This document shows, in pieces, positions 49,943 to 63,271 of a stretch of 64,000 bases of DNA. Made by a program: the position numbers and the translations under genes. Source of the stretch: Squalus acanthias (taxonomy: Eukaryota); the NCBI GenBank assembly GCA_030390025.1, contig CM059432.1, forward strand, positions 130,388,001-130,452,000. The letters are read 5' to 3'. Within the stretch, counting starts at the first letter, position 1. Every line of letters starts with the position of its first letter. The notes beneath the pieces were generated by a model. The model searched no databases and was not told the DNA's origin. It saw nothing but the letters and a program-made list of their open reading frames with translations.

Positions 49943-51904
49943 CAGAGAAAGGGAGGAGGAGGTTCCACTTCATCAATGAGCTGTGCGGCATGCTGCAACC
50001 TAACCTGCTGGATGCTCAGCACCAGGGTGCCATGCAATTTTATCCATGGGGAATCCTGCCACGAGTACAATGGGCCATTGATTACACCCACATGACCTTA
50101 CATGCTCCCTCCATCAATCCAATCATTCACAGAAATAGGAAATTTTTACCACTTCCTGAATGTCCCACTGTGACCATCAACAATGTATCATACAAGTCAA
50201 TGCTCATTTTCCTATTCAGACAGAAAGGCAAATTTCAGAGTGGATCCTGGAAGATCAAGGTTACCCTGTGTAGCTTTGGTTGATAGCATTTGCCCAGGAC
50301 ACCAGCAGGGTACGGTTACAACGAGATCTATTCTGCTACCCCAGGGTTCTCATCATATTGAAGGATTACTGAAGTTATGCTTCAGGTGCCTGGATCAGTC
50401 TGAAGGGCTCTCAGTATAGCACAGCTGAAGTCAGCGGTGGCATGCTACATAACTTTGCTTTGCAAAGAGGCCTTCTCACAGAGGAAGACAGACAAGGGGT
50501 ATGAAGACACACAGAAATAGCAGTGGGAACACACAGAAATAGCAGTGGGAACATGAAGAGGCCAGCACATTGTCAGCTGCCAAATACATTCATAAATCCA
50601 TCTAACTTGGAGGCCCTTTTCTTCATAAATACATTACCTCAATGCTTGGACAACCCTGTCTCCATTTTCCCCATTCCAAAAAATTTACCAAGCCCAGAAT
50701 CTTTAGTATGCACAACAAAGCACACAGCTCCCATTCACACCGCTGCAGCCCATACTTCCAAACCGTAAAAAGAGCACTGACAACTGCAGGATCTTCAGTG
50801 AATCTTAACATTTATTTACCACTACATACCATAGCAAACAATTATTGTTTCTCTACACTGTGTTTCAGTTTGGTGTCAGCGTGATATTTTACTTCTTACG
50901 CCTATTCTCATGTTCTACTAGCTGCTACCCGAGATACAGTAGCACAAGAGGCTGTTTATTTATTTTTTAATATATTCATTGGATGTTAGTGGTGCAGGAA
51001 AAGCTACATCTATTTCCCCGAGAAGGTAGTGGTGGGTCTTCTCCTCGAACAGGTGCCCACAGGTTTTGCCCACTCACTTAGTCTGTCTATGTCCCTTTGT
51101 AACTTCCTGCTCCCATCGACATAACTTACCGTGCTTCTTAACTTAGTACCGCCTACAACCTTGGACACACATTCAGAGCAGTACCTCAGGTGAACTGCAG
51201 AGAAGAGACATTGAAAAAGGCCAAAGCAGTTATCTGCATCAAAGATAGCAAAGAGGTTGAGAAGGATAAGGAAAATTGGAGGGCCGATTTTCAACTGCCG
51301 TGCTCCCAAATAACACCCAAAAAATGGGTGCCGTACTGTGGAAGAATGAATGCTAATCCTTTGCTTCCATTTTGCTCCTGAATAGTTCTGAACACAAACA
51401 TGCTCTATGACTTTTAGGGTGTCTGCATCCGAAGAGGGCACAGCAATGCAACTTTCATGCAAATGAATGCCAGAGACCTGTGCTCAGATGTCTAATAGCA
51501 CTGGGCACTGTTACAGGATAAAATGCTGTTTGGGCCCCATCTGTCTTCTGGTATTGCCAAGAGTGGTCTTTGTTTTTGGCCTTATGGAACAAAAACATTA
51601 TTTTATTGCTTCCCTATGCGTTGCAGAATGCGGTTAGTATTTTACACTTCGTGATGAAGGCAGAGTTTCATACTGCCTATGCCACCTGCCCTTTTGCAAC
51701 GTGGCCTATTTGGAGGCAGACAAGGGCAAACAAATTGAAGCCCCTTTGACAGCTGAAATCATTTGCCACCTCCTCAGCAAACACCTGTTTCCCTACCACA
51801 GAGGAGGAAACGCTCCTCCCCCTCCAATGCCATAAAACTGCTCCATGCTCACTGGAATAAAAAAAGAGAAGCCTCACAGTCAGCCAATGCCCTCCTCCTA
51901 TTCC

Positions 51905-52292
51905 TGCAGCACAAGTCAGGAGTGTGATGGAATACTCTCCACTTGCCTGGATGAGTGCAGCTCCAACAACACTCAAGAAGCTCGACACCATCCAGGACAA
52001 AGCAGCACGCTTGATTGGCATCCCATCTACCACCTTAGACATTCACTCCCTCCACCACTGGTGCACCGTAGCTGCAACGTGTACCATTTACAGGATGCAC
52101 TGCAGCAACTTGTCAAGGCTTTTTTTTTTAACAGCACCTCCCAAACCTGCGACCTCCACCACCTAGAAAGACAAGGGCAGTAGGGTGCATGGGAACACTC
52201 CAAGTTCCCCTCCAAGTCACACACCATCCTGACTTGGGCATATATTTCTGTTCCTTCATCATCGCTGGGTCAAATCCTGGAACTCCCTACCC
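51905..52292 (+). mobile_element. CR1/L2-group LINE (second family) 3' fragment
   Basis: MEYSPLAWMSAAPTTLKKLDTIQDKAARLI...IYRMHCSN. Confidence 0.85.
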
Positions 52293-52297
52293 AATAG

Positions 52298-52735
52298 GGT
52301 CTCATAGGCAAGATGAGCTTGGAGAGGACATGGAGAGATAGGAGAGAAACTAGAGAAAGGCGCAGAGTCAGGGCAAGGGCAGGGGGAAGCTTGGCTTGGT
52401 AGGCAAAGGGAAGGGAGAGATGAGGCAGAAGCAGCTGAACAGATGGTCTCAATCTTAGCGAGATCCTCGCACTTGTTGTTGCAGGCGAGAGTGGAGGGGA
52501 CAGGAGAGAGTGGTTTAAGGAGACAGCTGGTAATGGAGAAAAGAAGCCGAGTGGTTATCTTTGCATTCCAGGATAATCTTGGAGTGATGAGCAGTTTTGG
52601 CAGAGGAGAGCAGGGGCTCGATAGCGATTGATGTGTTCCAGCCAGATCAGCTGATGAATGGCTAAACCAGTTATGGGCCATATACGTTCAAGTCTTGGCC
52701 TTAAGGGAGCGAAGGCGGGGTTCATACCAGGGGGG
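52298..52735 (-). mobile_element. L2 LINE fragment
   Basis: Similar to 44815-45075. Confidence 0.7.
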
Positions 52736-54257
52736 ACGACCAGGGTGGGACAAGGGCATCAAAGGCGGAGGTGAGGGCATTTTATTTCTGTTCTCATAAT
52801 TTGTTCTACTGGATTACACTTTATAGAAGGAAATCACAACCAGTACAAATTGAGAACAAAAACAAAACTGGATGGATTATATTTGGTTCACCAAACTCAA
52901 CATTTTAATACTTCTTCAAAAAAAAAAGACATCAAGTGACATTTTGCAGCAATTACTCACTTTATTTAGAAGTATTCAGTTAGAAGTACAGTAGTCTCAA
53001 GAACTGCAGATAATAGTTAATGGAGTGAGTTTTTGTTACTAACTTGCATGGAGTGTATTATGATTTGGCAATAGAAGACTTTGATATAAAACATATTTAC
53101 CACAAGGTTTATTTTCTAAAATAGATAAGAAACCAAGGAACTGATAAAGGCTGTATACTTGTAAACAGAGTACTCTTCTATTTAGAATCACATTAATTTT
53201 CAACCTTAAGTATTAACTCCAGAACCTTTCACTCAAGGCAAATAAAACAGTGGATAGATATAGGTCAACTCAATAGGTATTAATGTTTATTAATTTAAGG
53301 GAGGGTCGAGAGAAATTGCAAGCAACAAAGTGCATTGGTATTTCAAAATGCAGTGTCGTGGAATGGCAATTTCCCAAATTCAACTATACCATCGAGACAC
53401 AGCAGTGAAAAAAATGTTAAGCATTTCCCACAGTATAACCCATGGGTGTTAAAACCAATTGTAGCACTGCTACCACTGCCCTGGCTGAGTTCATCTTAGT
53501 CTTAGGAACATTAAGAACAGGAGTAGGCCATTCAGCCCCTCGAACCTGCTCCGTCATTCAATTAGATCATGGCTTATCTGTATTGCAAGGTCTTTCTGGT
53601 CTTTTTGACTCAGTTATTCACTGGATATGCATGAGCCATTTTAATCTAAAAGGTATTTCAGTGTGTGAAGAAGTTTGAGAATATGATAAGGTGCTATGCG
53701 AGTGTAAATGTTACTATTACAATGAATGAAAAATTGGAGGTTAAGTTACACAGAATACTTTCATGTAATGCCTAATGGCTGACTCAGGTGCTATTTCGAT
53801 TTGGAGAGCAGTGTGCAGCACAGGGAAACAAAATGAGGATAAATTGGTGAAACGTGGGAGCATGGGGTGAGATCTTATATTTTTTAAAAAAGTTGATAAA
53901 TATTTATGGAGCACTTTTCCACTTTGGGAACCCAGTGTCAGTGTCGAATACTGGCAGATTAGGTTAGGTTAACATGGATTAAATGCAGAGTCAAGATTTC
54001 TCTAATCTGCTGTAAGGTCTCTAAACCCCAACCTCAATCATTTGCATCAGTTTGACTTTTTACATTTGGCACATAAGCAACGTTCATGGCCCAAGGTTGG
54101 AAATTTGTTGCCCAGTAATTTGTTGCCCAGTTGTGTATAGTTTTGGAATGTAGTTTGTGCGCACTAAGGATTGCCCAAACTCAACTTACAGAGGAGCCTT
54201 ACAGTCAGAGGTGAAAGGCATTGTACTCACCTACTATAATAATAAATCCCACTTTTC

Positions 54258-54692
54258 ACCCAAGGTTAGCTCAGTTAGCACTCTCCCCTCTGAGTCAGAA
54301 GGTTGTTGATTCAAGCCCCAGTAGACTCCAGCACATAGTCTAGGCTGACACTTTAGTCCAGTACTGAGAGTGCTACAATGTCGGACGTACTATCTTTTGG
54401 ATGAGACAATAAACCAATGTCTGCTCAGACTGCAAAAGATCCCATGGCACTATTCAAAGAGCAGGGAGTTTGCCAGGTCTGCTGGCCAACATTCCTCCCT
54501 CAACCAACACCACCAAAAACAGATTATCTGCTCGTTCATCAAAATTTTATTTGTGCAACCACCTTGCTGTGTGCCGACTGACTTGTCATATTTACCTATG
54601 TAACAACAGTGACTGAATTTAGAAGTAAATCATTGATTGTAAGGTGCTTTGGGACATCCAAGGTGCTATATAAATACAAGTCCTTTCTTTCA
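54258..54692 (+). mobile_element. DeuSINE-like SINE
   Basis: Head ctgagtcagaaggttgttgattcaagcccc; body ggatgagacaataaacc; tail gtgctatataaatacaagtcctttcttt. Confidence 0.75.
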
Positions 54693-55824
54693 GAAAAAAG
54701 CTTTTGCCATATCTGGTTTATTACAATTTTCTGTAACATATTAGGAAATCCATGCAAACTGTTGCACCTGACTAAAATATTGGTACAAAGCATTACATAA
54801 AATGGTAGTTTCAGTGAAAATGGAAAGAACAAAAAGGTTAATCTGTGTAAAGAACATTAGTTAGATGGTCTGAAGCAATTAATCCAAGAAGTTTCTAAAT
54901 TACAGTGCCTCTGAAAAATAATTTTTATTTAGTAGAAACTCTCCAATTGCTCTTTTACTAATTTTAAAATTCAGATAGATTTCAAGTTAATTTAAATCCA
55001 GCTAATACTCTTATAAGGCAAGTCATAAAAACATTTTTTTTAAACTAACCACCCCTTGTTTTAATTAGATTCCTTTATCACTTACATCTTTCATACTTTG
55101 AGCCAACCCCTTTTTATCCACTTTACTTTGTTTTTCTTTTATCCCTCAATGACAATAGTTTCTACTGATTCCACCTTATGTGGGCTGCACTGTTCAACTA
55201 ATGAGACACGATTTTTATACAACTGTTTTTCCCCCTCAAATGGGTGCTTTTTGCTGTACAATGTTCCCTTTTCATAGGCTACAAAAAAATCCTATGCCAA
55301 ATAATTATTCACTTAGCAACCAGGTTGCCACCAATGAAGAAACCTGAACTAACCAATTAAAATAGTTTGAGTAGTCATGGACATGACAATAAGAGCAAAA
55401 TGTTTCTTTCTGCTGCCTTGGAAAGATGTCACATGTTCTATGAAATCACCCCATGCCACATGACCTTAATCCACAGTACGGTCGCCTTCCTTTTATAATA
55501 AAATAATCTGCGTTATTGCCATTTATATCCATAATTAACATAAAACATATTGCTATGCATTATTTGTTCAGGTTCATCCATTGTTTCCCAGACACTTGTC
55601 TTTCATACATAAACATTGTGAACAGTTTCACTTTTGCTAAGGAATATGGGCAACAAATGGACAAAGTACGAGTACCAAACCTAGCTTGTTGTACAACATT
55701 TCCACCACTAGATACTGATATTAAACAGTGCTCGCAAAAAAATACATTGAATTTAGTTTAAAGATACAAGGGGAGATTTTCCAACATCATGTTTCAGACA
55801 GGAGCCTCAACTGCTCGGAACACA

Positions 55825-56282
55825 AAGTGTCAGCCTTGGCTCAGTGAGCGCACTCTCACCTGTGAGTCAGAAGATCATAGCTTCAAGTCCCACTCCAGAG
55901 ACTTGAGCACATAATCTAGGCTGACACTTCAGTACAGTACTGAGGAAGTACTACACCGTTGGCGGTACCATCTTTCAGATGAGATGTTAAACCAAGTCTG
56001 CTCCCTCAGGTGTACGTAAAAGATCCCATGGCACGATTTGAAGTGAAGCAGGGGAGTTCTTACTGGTGTCCTGGCCAATATTTATCCCTCAACCAACATC
56101 ACCAAAACAGATTATTTAGTCATTATTACATTACAGTTTGTGGGACCTTGCTGTGCGCAAATTGGCTGTCACATTCCCTACATTACAACAGTGACTACCC
56201 TTCAAAATAAAGTACTTAATTGGCTGTAAAGCACTTTGGGACGTCCCGAGGTCACGGAAGGCGCTATATAAATGAAAGTCTG
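55825..56282 (+). mobile_element. DeuSINE-like (SacSINE1/AmnSINE-type) SINE, near full length
   Basis: tRNA-like head (tggctcagtg; ttcaagtcc), central cagtactgagg...gatgagatgttaaacc...gatcccatggcac, and L2-like tail gcgctatataaatg. Family name recalled, not searched. Confidence 0.75.
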
Positions 56283-56814
56283 TTAAAGTCAGAAAATATC
56301 CCTAGAATATTGAACATCAGTGATGAAGTCATGTCTTTCCCTCCCTTTAAGGCCACCATTCAGGCGGTCCCTGTGCGGAGATGATCCAAATAGGCACATT
56401 TTCAGGTTTATTATAGGCTGATTGCTGAGCAAATTTAGCACCTACATGTAAACTCTTAGTTCCTTGAGGAGACAGCAGATTATCACGGTGACAAAAATCA
56501 GCAGGAAATAGATGACATTCCTTTCTCTTTTTTTAAACTCTTGAAAGTTTGAAATGTGATTTCTCAAGTGTAACTAATGTGCACTAAATGCAAGACCTTT
56601 GTACATACACAAGTGGCTCTCTCATGATGTTGCTAATGGTAAGTCAGATGATAAAATGTCTTATAAAGGGAGCATTATTATATAATGAAGAATTTATTTT
56701 GGCGATATAGTAGAGATGAAGAAAAGTGTAGGAAGCGAGAACAAAATGGCAAGAGATCATGCATGTGTGGGAGTCAGCAATGCACAATGACACATGTACA
56801 GTGGAGGGAACCTT

Positions 56815-57125
56815 TTTTAAAATTCATTCTCGGGATATGGGCGTCGCTGGCAAGGCCTGCATTTATTGCCCATCCATAGTAGTGAGCCGCCTTCTTAAAC
56901 CGCTGCAGTCCATATAGTGAAGATACTCTCACATTGCTGTTGGGTAGACAGCTCCAGGATCTTGACCCAGCAACAATAAGGAACGGAGATATATGTCCAA
57001 GTCAGGGCGGAAAGGAACATGGAAGTGATGGTTTTCCCATGCACCTGCTGCCCTTCTCCCTCTAGGTGGTGGCAGTCGCAGGTTTGGGAGGTGCTGCCGA
57101 AGTAGCATTGATGACTTGCTGCAAG
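56815..57125 (-). mobile_element. CR1/L2-group LINE (second family) 3' end
   Basis: Reverse complement of 52130-52290 plus the tail gatgggcaataaatgcaggccttgccagcgacgcccat. Confidence 0.75.
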
Positions 57126-57348
57126 CAGAAAACCTAACTGAACAACCAGAGTACAGGAAAGTAATGCTAACTGAGCAGCAGTCTGTTGATGGAGGAGTAG
57201 GCTTTGGCGCATAAAAACATTCTGCAAGTTAACAAATATTTGAGGAAATCGCAAGCTGCGAGAACAAACCAAGTGGTTTAGGACCAATCAGCAAATCCGT
57301 AGGTTGAATTATTGCCTTAAGCTCACCGTCAGTTTATATGATCTATAG

Positions 57349-59460
57349 CAGGGGTTCTCAACCTTTTTGCTTCTGAAGCCCCCCTCCCGTGTTATAAAAA
57401 TTCCGCAGACCCCCTGTAACACAAGTATTTTTCATAATAAAAATTAGGTATACAATTAAGCAGATATATTTATTATTGTTTTTGTTTTACTTAATGTGAA
57501 ACTTGTTGTTGGTGCTGCGCAACAATTCTGTCAAGACCTGGTGGTATCTTCGAAAAGCACACACACGTCATGGTCAATGTTCATCCTGGCTCGGTACTTT
57601 GTTTTCATTGCTGTCATTGGTGAAAATCCAGCTTCGCAGACGTAAGTTGTACTAAATGGGACCAACACTTTCAGTGCTGCAGAATAAGCAGTGTTACATT
57701 CATTGAAGCACTCACACCAAAATATCTCCAGCGGCATTTCACTCAACTGGGTTCTGAGGGAGCTGTCTGATGAAATGTCAATGAGCTCTTCTAATAGCTT
57801 TGATGGGGCAGAGGGTGGCAGTTTAGTTTCAATGTTCTCACTAAAGCGGTTTGTAGCCCACGGGTGTGCAGCAGATTGTTCTATCGTGAGTTCTGGAAAA
57901 TAAGTATTAAATTTGTTGCCTCGACCAGAAAGATGCGCAACCAGCTGTGGTTTCATTACGTCAAAGTCAATATTTGTTTCTTGAATGAAAGAATGCAAGA
58001 ATGCAAACATATCCATAGACCCCCACAGACAAGAACTTTCCAGACTTGCAGTTTCTTTTTGAATGAGTCAATTCTTTCATGCTGGGCAAAAAAAATTCTC
58101 CCACCTTGCATAGTTTAATTAGCTTATTAATTTCACTGAATATGTCTGCAAGGTAACCCAGTTTAGCCAGTCGCAAGTCATCTTTCAGCACCTTGGCAAG
58201 GTCAGGTTTCTTAATCAGCTAAGAAAGTACGCACCTCTTCCCCGAGATTAAATATACGGTAAACATTCTGCCTCGACATAGCCATCTGATCTCTGTATGC
58301 ATGAGCAAGGTATTGTGCTCTGCACCCACTTCCTCACAAAGTGCAGCAAAACACCTGGAGTTTGTTGCTCTGGATGAAATGAAATTAACGAGAGTTACTG
58401 CTGTGTTGAGAACACCGTGAAGACCAGGTTCAATTTCTTTTGCAGCAAGTGCCTCTCGGTGTAAAAATAGCCGAAATAGCGCGAAGGGCAACGGCTTTTA
58501 TTTTTTTGCACAGCACCAGAATGCTTTCCAGTCATTGCTGCAGCCCCATCAGTGCAGACCCCGATGCAATTTGTCCAGCTGATTTCTGCTAAAGTCATGA
58601 AATCATCCAACAATTTGAAATTATCATCTGACTTTGTTGTTGGCTTGAGCTCTTTGCAAAATAAAAAGTCATCTTTTATTTCCTTATTCCACACATACTG
58701 AACATGGGCGACTAAATGGGACATTTTAGAAATGTCTGTGGATTGATCAAGTTGAAAAGCAAAATCATTGTCATGCAGCCGATCAATGCACTGCACAACT
58801 ATGTCTTGACGATAAATCAATCCGTCGTTTGAAAGTGGTATTTGACATCGGTATTTTTTCCAGTTCCTTGGTCTTCTGCTCTCCAAACATTTCCCTTACG
58901 ATTTCAATGGCAGACAGCATCATCAACTCCTCAGCAATCGTATGCGATTTTTTTTTGCTTTAGCAATTTTCTGCACCACTAAGTAGGATGAGACATCAAG
59001 CATTTTATCAGCGGTAGTTGTGGATTTCATTACTGCTTTAGTACCAAGCAGTTCCTTAGCCTTTCGCTCAAAAAACAAATATTGCTTGTCCTTATATATT
59101 TCATGCTTAGTAATTACATTTCTCTGTAATTTGGAGGGTTTCAAAGATTCATTGGGTAGTACTTGTGCACAAATTACACTTTGCGGTTGAGGTATATCTC
59201 CACTGCCAGTACAAATAAAACCGAAATTCAAGTAGTTATCTTCGTATTTCCATAATTTTGCAGGGTTAACGGCGACTTTATGTTTTTTACTCACACCGCC
59301 ACCTCCTCAGCGTTCTTCAGCCCTTACGGGATCATCGCTCTGTGGGTTTTGTTGTTTTGAAGCTGATGGTCGCATTAAAAATGTATTTATATCTGGTATT
59401 TATTGTGTGCGTTTACAACAATTATTCCTGTTCTTTGTAATTTATCTTGCCCCCCCTGAA
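57349..59460 (-). mobile_element. hAT (Buster/Charlie, ZBED5/SCAND3-like) transposon, frameshifted transposase; one TIR visible
   Basis: TIR caggggttctcaacc preceded by atcTAtag; ORFs KYEDNYLNFGF...LPNESLKPSKLQR, FAFQLDQSTD, IGVCTDGAAAMTG, HTEIRWL and LVPFSTTYVCEAGFS. Confidence 0.92.
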
Positions 59461-59651
59461 ATAGCTATTACACTTTGCGTAATGCAAGAACGTATTACGT
59501 AACCGGAAAACGTGTTAATTTCTGCACTTTCCGCATGTAATAAACTATATAAATGCAAGTTATTTCATTAAGTTTTTGGAAGACTGAATGGGAGTGTTTT
59601 AGGACTATTCACCCTCCCTTCTCACCCATTTGCTGCCCAAGGGGAGGGGGC

Positions 59652-60668
59652 GGGCGAGAGTGACGGGGGAGGGAGGGCGAGAGTGACGGGGGAGGGAGGG
59701 CGAGAGTGACGGGGGAGGGAGGGAGAGTGTGACGGGGGAGGGAGGGCGAGAGTGACGGGGGAGGGAGGGCGAGAGTGACGGGGGGAGGGAGGGCGAGAGT
59801 GACGGGGGAGGGAGGGCGAGAGTGACGGGGGGAGGGAGGGCGAGAGTGACGGGGGAGGGAGGGCGAGAGTGACGGGGGGAGGGAGGGCGAGAGTGACGGG
59901 GGAGGGAGGGCGAGAGTGACGGGGGAGGGAGGGCGAGAGTGACGGGGGAGGGAGGGCGAGAGTGACGGGGGAGGGAGGGCGAGAGTGACGGGGGAGGGAG
60001 GGCGAGAGTGACGGGGGAGGGAGGGCGAGAGTGACGGGGGAGGGAGGGCGAGAGTGACGGGGGAGGGAGGGCGAGAGTGACGGGGGAGGGAGGGCGAGAG
60101 TGACGGGGGAGGGAGGGCGAGAGTGACGGGGGAGGGAGGGCGAGAGTGACGGGGGAGGGAGGGCGAGAGTGACGGGGGAGGGAGGGCGAGAGTGACGGGG
60201 GAGGGAGGGCGAGAGTGACGGGGGAGGGAGGGCGAGAGTGACGGGGGAGGGAGGGCGAGAGTGACGGGGGAGGGAGGGCGAGAGTGACGGGGGAGGGAGG
60301 GCGAGAGTGACGGGGGAGGGAGGGCGAGAGTGACGGGGGAGGGAGGGCGAGAGTGACGGGGGAGGGAGGGCGAGAGTGACGGGGGAGGGAGGGCGAGAGT
60401 GACTGGGGGAGGGAGGGCGAGAGTGACTGGGGGAGGGAGGGCGAGAGTGACTGGGGGAGGGAGGGAGAGTGTGACGGGGGAGGGAGGGCGAGAGTGACGG
60501 GGGAGGGAGGGCGAGAGTGACGGGGGAGGGAGGGCGAGAGTGACGGGGGAGGGAGGGCGAGAGTGACGGGGGAGGGAGGGCGAGAGTGACGGGGGAGGGA
60601 GGGAGAGTGTGACTGGGGGAGGGAGGGAGAGTGTGACTGGGGGAGGGAGGGAGAGTGTGACTGGGGGA
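59652..60668 (+). repeat. 23-bp G-rich minisatellite (gacgggggagggagggcgagagt), about 44 copies, followed by a GA-rich tract to ~60805
   Basis: Unit read directly; copy number estimated from span divided by 23. Confidence 0.97.
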
Positions 60669-62807
60669 GAGAGAAAGAATCTAGGGGAGAGAGAGACTGG
60701 GGGAGAGAGAGAGAGAGAGAGAGAGAGACTGGGGAGAAAGAGAGAGAGAGAGAGGGAGGGATAGGGACAGAGAGAGAGGGACAGAGAGAGAGGGACAGAG
60801 AGGGGTGAGGATCCAGACGAGTGTAGTATGTTCCCAGGGACTGAGCAGCAGCCGCACTTTGGAACAACACAGGTGGAGGCGCAGTACGTGTACATTGGCT
60901 GCTGGAAGGAGGCTAAAGCAAACAAGTTTTAGGCCCCCGGAGAAACAAAAAAGATAATTTTTTTTTAATTCAGTAAATTGTTTAAAGCTGGAAAAAAATA
61001 CGGGAAAGTGATGTTGAATGTCTAGTTCCATTTTAATTTTTGAAAGAGTCTATCAGGGTTATTGAAATCGTTATGAAAGAGGGGAAAAAGTTTGTGCCCC
61101 TGTTTGTACCTCAGAGTCTGTGAGAGACGGAGGGAACGGCAGCAGAAAAAGAGGAAACAACTTCTCCAAAACTGATCCCAACTCATTGCCAAGGCTGTGT
61201 ATAGATAACCTCACCGCCTTCTTAGGACGTTTAACCACTTTATTCACTTTCTTATTTGAGCTCCGTTTGGAATTAGAGTTTATTTTATTATATTTTGTCG
61301 TATGTTTAACGACAGCGTTGAAGAGGGGAAGAGAAACTTGGAGCAACTTCTTCTGTCAAAGCTGCAACGAGACTTGAAAGAATTTTAAAAATTTTAATGA
61401 AATTTTCACAAAAGATGAATGTCAAAACACTTTTCTCCCCCCTAAGTTTCGAATATGATTTTGGAAGAAACAGAAACAAAAATCAATTTTCCCCTCATCG
61501 AAACAAGTTTCAACCAGGTCTTGAAGTCCAAACGCTTTTAAAGAGGGTCTGAAATGCTTAAAACATTTTAAAATTGAAATTTCTCAATATTTGATTTTGA
61601 ACGATCGACTGAAGTGAGTAGCTTTACACAAACATGCTGTTGAGGAGGCGGAGGGTGGGGTGGATTTGTAGGAGTTACATATTACTTTTTATTGACTTTT
61701 TTTTTTAAATGTGAAGATGTTTAGGAAGAGAACCAAAAAAGGGGAAAAACACAAAACATTTTTTTTGTCTGTCGTTCTATAGTCCTAACAAATCCCAGGA
61801 ATAATGTAAATATAGATTTCCTCTTAAACGTTTAGTGGAGTGTTCATAGAAACACGAGTTATGTAATGATGTATAAAAATTGCAGGAAGCTACTTTAGAA
61901 GAAACTATTATTTGTTTATTGAGAAAGACACAGAAAATACTTTGATTAAACTGATAATGTACAATTTTGATTTGGTATAAATGTTTGAAATAGGAGATTA
62001 AAAATTGAGAGTACAATGAAGTTTGTTTCCCACTATTTAATTGGGAAGTACCTAAAATAATTCAACACTTTTTGTGATAAGAGCAGGGATTAATATTGTG
62101 GAGAATGTTTGAGAGAAAAACCATTAGAAGCGAAATTTGTAAATTAACAGCTTTATGTCAACATTTCCAAGTCAATCTGATTCATCTTTCTTCCTGGACA
62201 GGAGAACCAATGTTTATTTCTGTTAAATCATAGCTTTTCCTGCTTTTTATTTTTAATTCGGTGGCACAAATAGTGTATGTGTTTTCCTGCACTTGTGAAT
62301 AAGTGCTGCATTTCTGACAAGTTACATGGTGGGTGTGTTGGTTCAAGACGACAACATTTATTAATGGAAGTGATTGAAGTTGGAAATACGGATACCCATT
62401 TTTGTTCTATTCTTTTTAATCCTGTGAACTAAAGCACTTTATATTTGTTAGTTGTCTGGTTGCAGTGATTAATATTCTAATTACTTATGTGGGCGTACAG
62501 CACATCAGTGCCATAGGAAATTCGCTGCTCCTGCTGCTTGTGCAGCCACTGCTATAGTGACATGAGGAATGGGCTAATACGTTGAAAACTTTAAAATTAA
62601 TACAAATTGCACGAACAGATATGCCTCTTTCAGCTCACCTTCGGCTTTTGGATTGTTTGTCGATGCATAGACCGTGTAACTAAGTGACGTTTCTGAAGTG
62701 TTAATGCATTATTAAGCAGTTCTTTTATATCCCAGTCATTTCTGACATGAATTTTATTAAATCGAGTTTGTACATGACGAGCTAAAAGCTTTTAATAAAT
62801 TCTACCG

Positions 62808-63090
62808 TAAACAAACTTGCAGAATTGGCATGTAAATGACAAATGAATTTCAATATAGTTAAATGTGAGGTGGTGCATTTTGGTAGGAGGAATAAGGAGG
62901 CGACCTACTCCTTGGAAAATAAGAGTCCAAATGGAGTAGAGGTGCAAAGGGATCTAGGGGTATAGATTCACAAATCATTAAAAGTAGTAACGCAGGTTAA
63001 AAAAGCCATAAAAGTGCAAATAAAGCACTGGGGTTAATTTCTAGAGGAATAGAATTCAAAAGCAGAGAAGTTATGTTAAACTTGTATAGA
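62808..63090 (+). mobile_element. CR1 RT fragment
   Basis: Similar to 1295-1575. Confidence 0.8.
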
Positions 63091-63271
63091 CCCTTATCCG
63101 ATTGTCTCATGATTTGAGACGATGGGGTGGCAATATGGCATTACTTTTTATATGCTTTTAAGTGGTTGCTGTCGTTGTTGTAAAAGTTGTTGTTGTTGTT
63201 GTTGTAAAATTTGCACACGGACGAAAAGGTCGCACTCAAAAGAGTTCGTGGCCCACTCAGTAAAAAAAAAA

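Larger units (their letters stand above)
48500..50600 (+). pseudogene. Decayed PIF/Harbinger (HARBI1-like) transposase interrupted by Penelope
   Basis: RIYKSCHSYTYL | TEKGRRRFHF..ELCGMLQPNL; LPRVQWAIDYTHMTLHAP...NRK; GLLKLCFRCLD; MLHNFALQRG. Confidence 0.72.

Noticed and set aside
50507..50550. 22-bp tandem duplication (a 15-bp one also occurs near 54102-54131)
   Set aside because: Ordinary slippage duplications with no sign of function.
48500..50600. Domesticated HARBI1 gene
   Set aside because: Multiple frameshifts, deletions and a PLE insertion indicate a dead transposon copy.
55825..55900. tRNA gene
   Set aside because: Degenerate tRNA-like SINE head without a full cloverleaf.
57531..59294. 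Domesticated ZBED5/SCAND3-like gene
   Set aside because: Split over at least five frameshifted ORFs and retains a TIR.
59652..60668. CRISPR-like array
   Set aside because: Repeats are contiguous with no unique spacers, there are no cas genes, and the context is eukaryotic.
59605..60925. 421-aa and 438-aa Pro/Ser-rich ORFs
   Set aside because: Translations of the 23-bp minisatellite; the unit is not a multiple of 3.
61080..62800. Possible ancient transposase or retroelement remnants in AT-rich sequence
   Set aside because: Only vague peptide hints; cannot be supported without a profile search.
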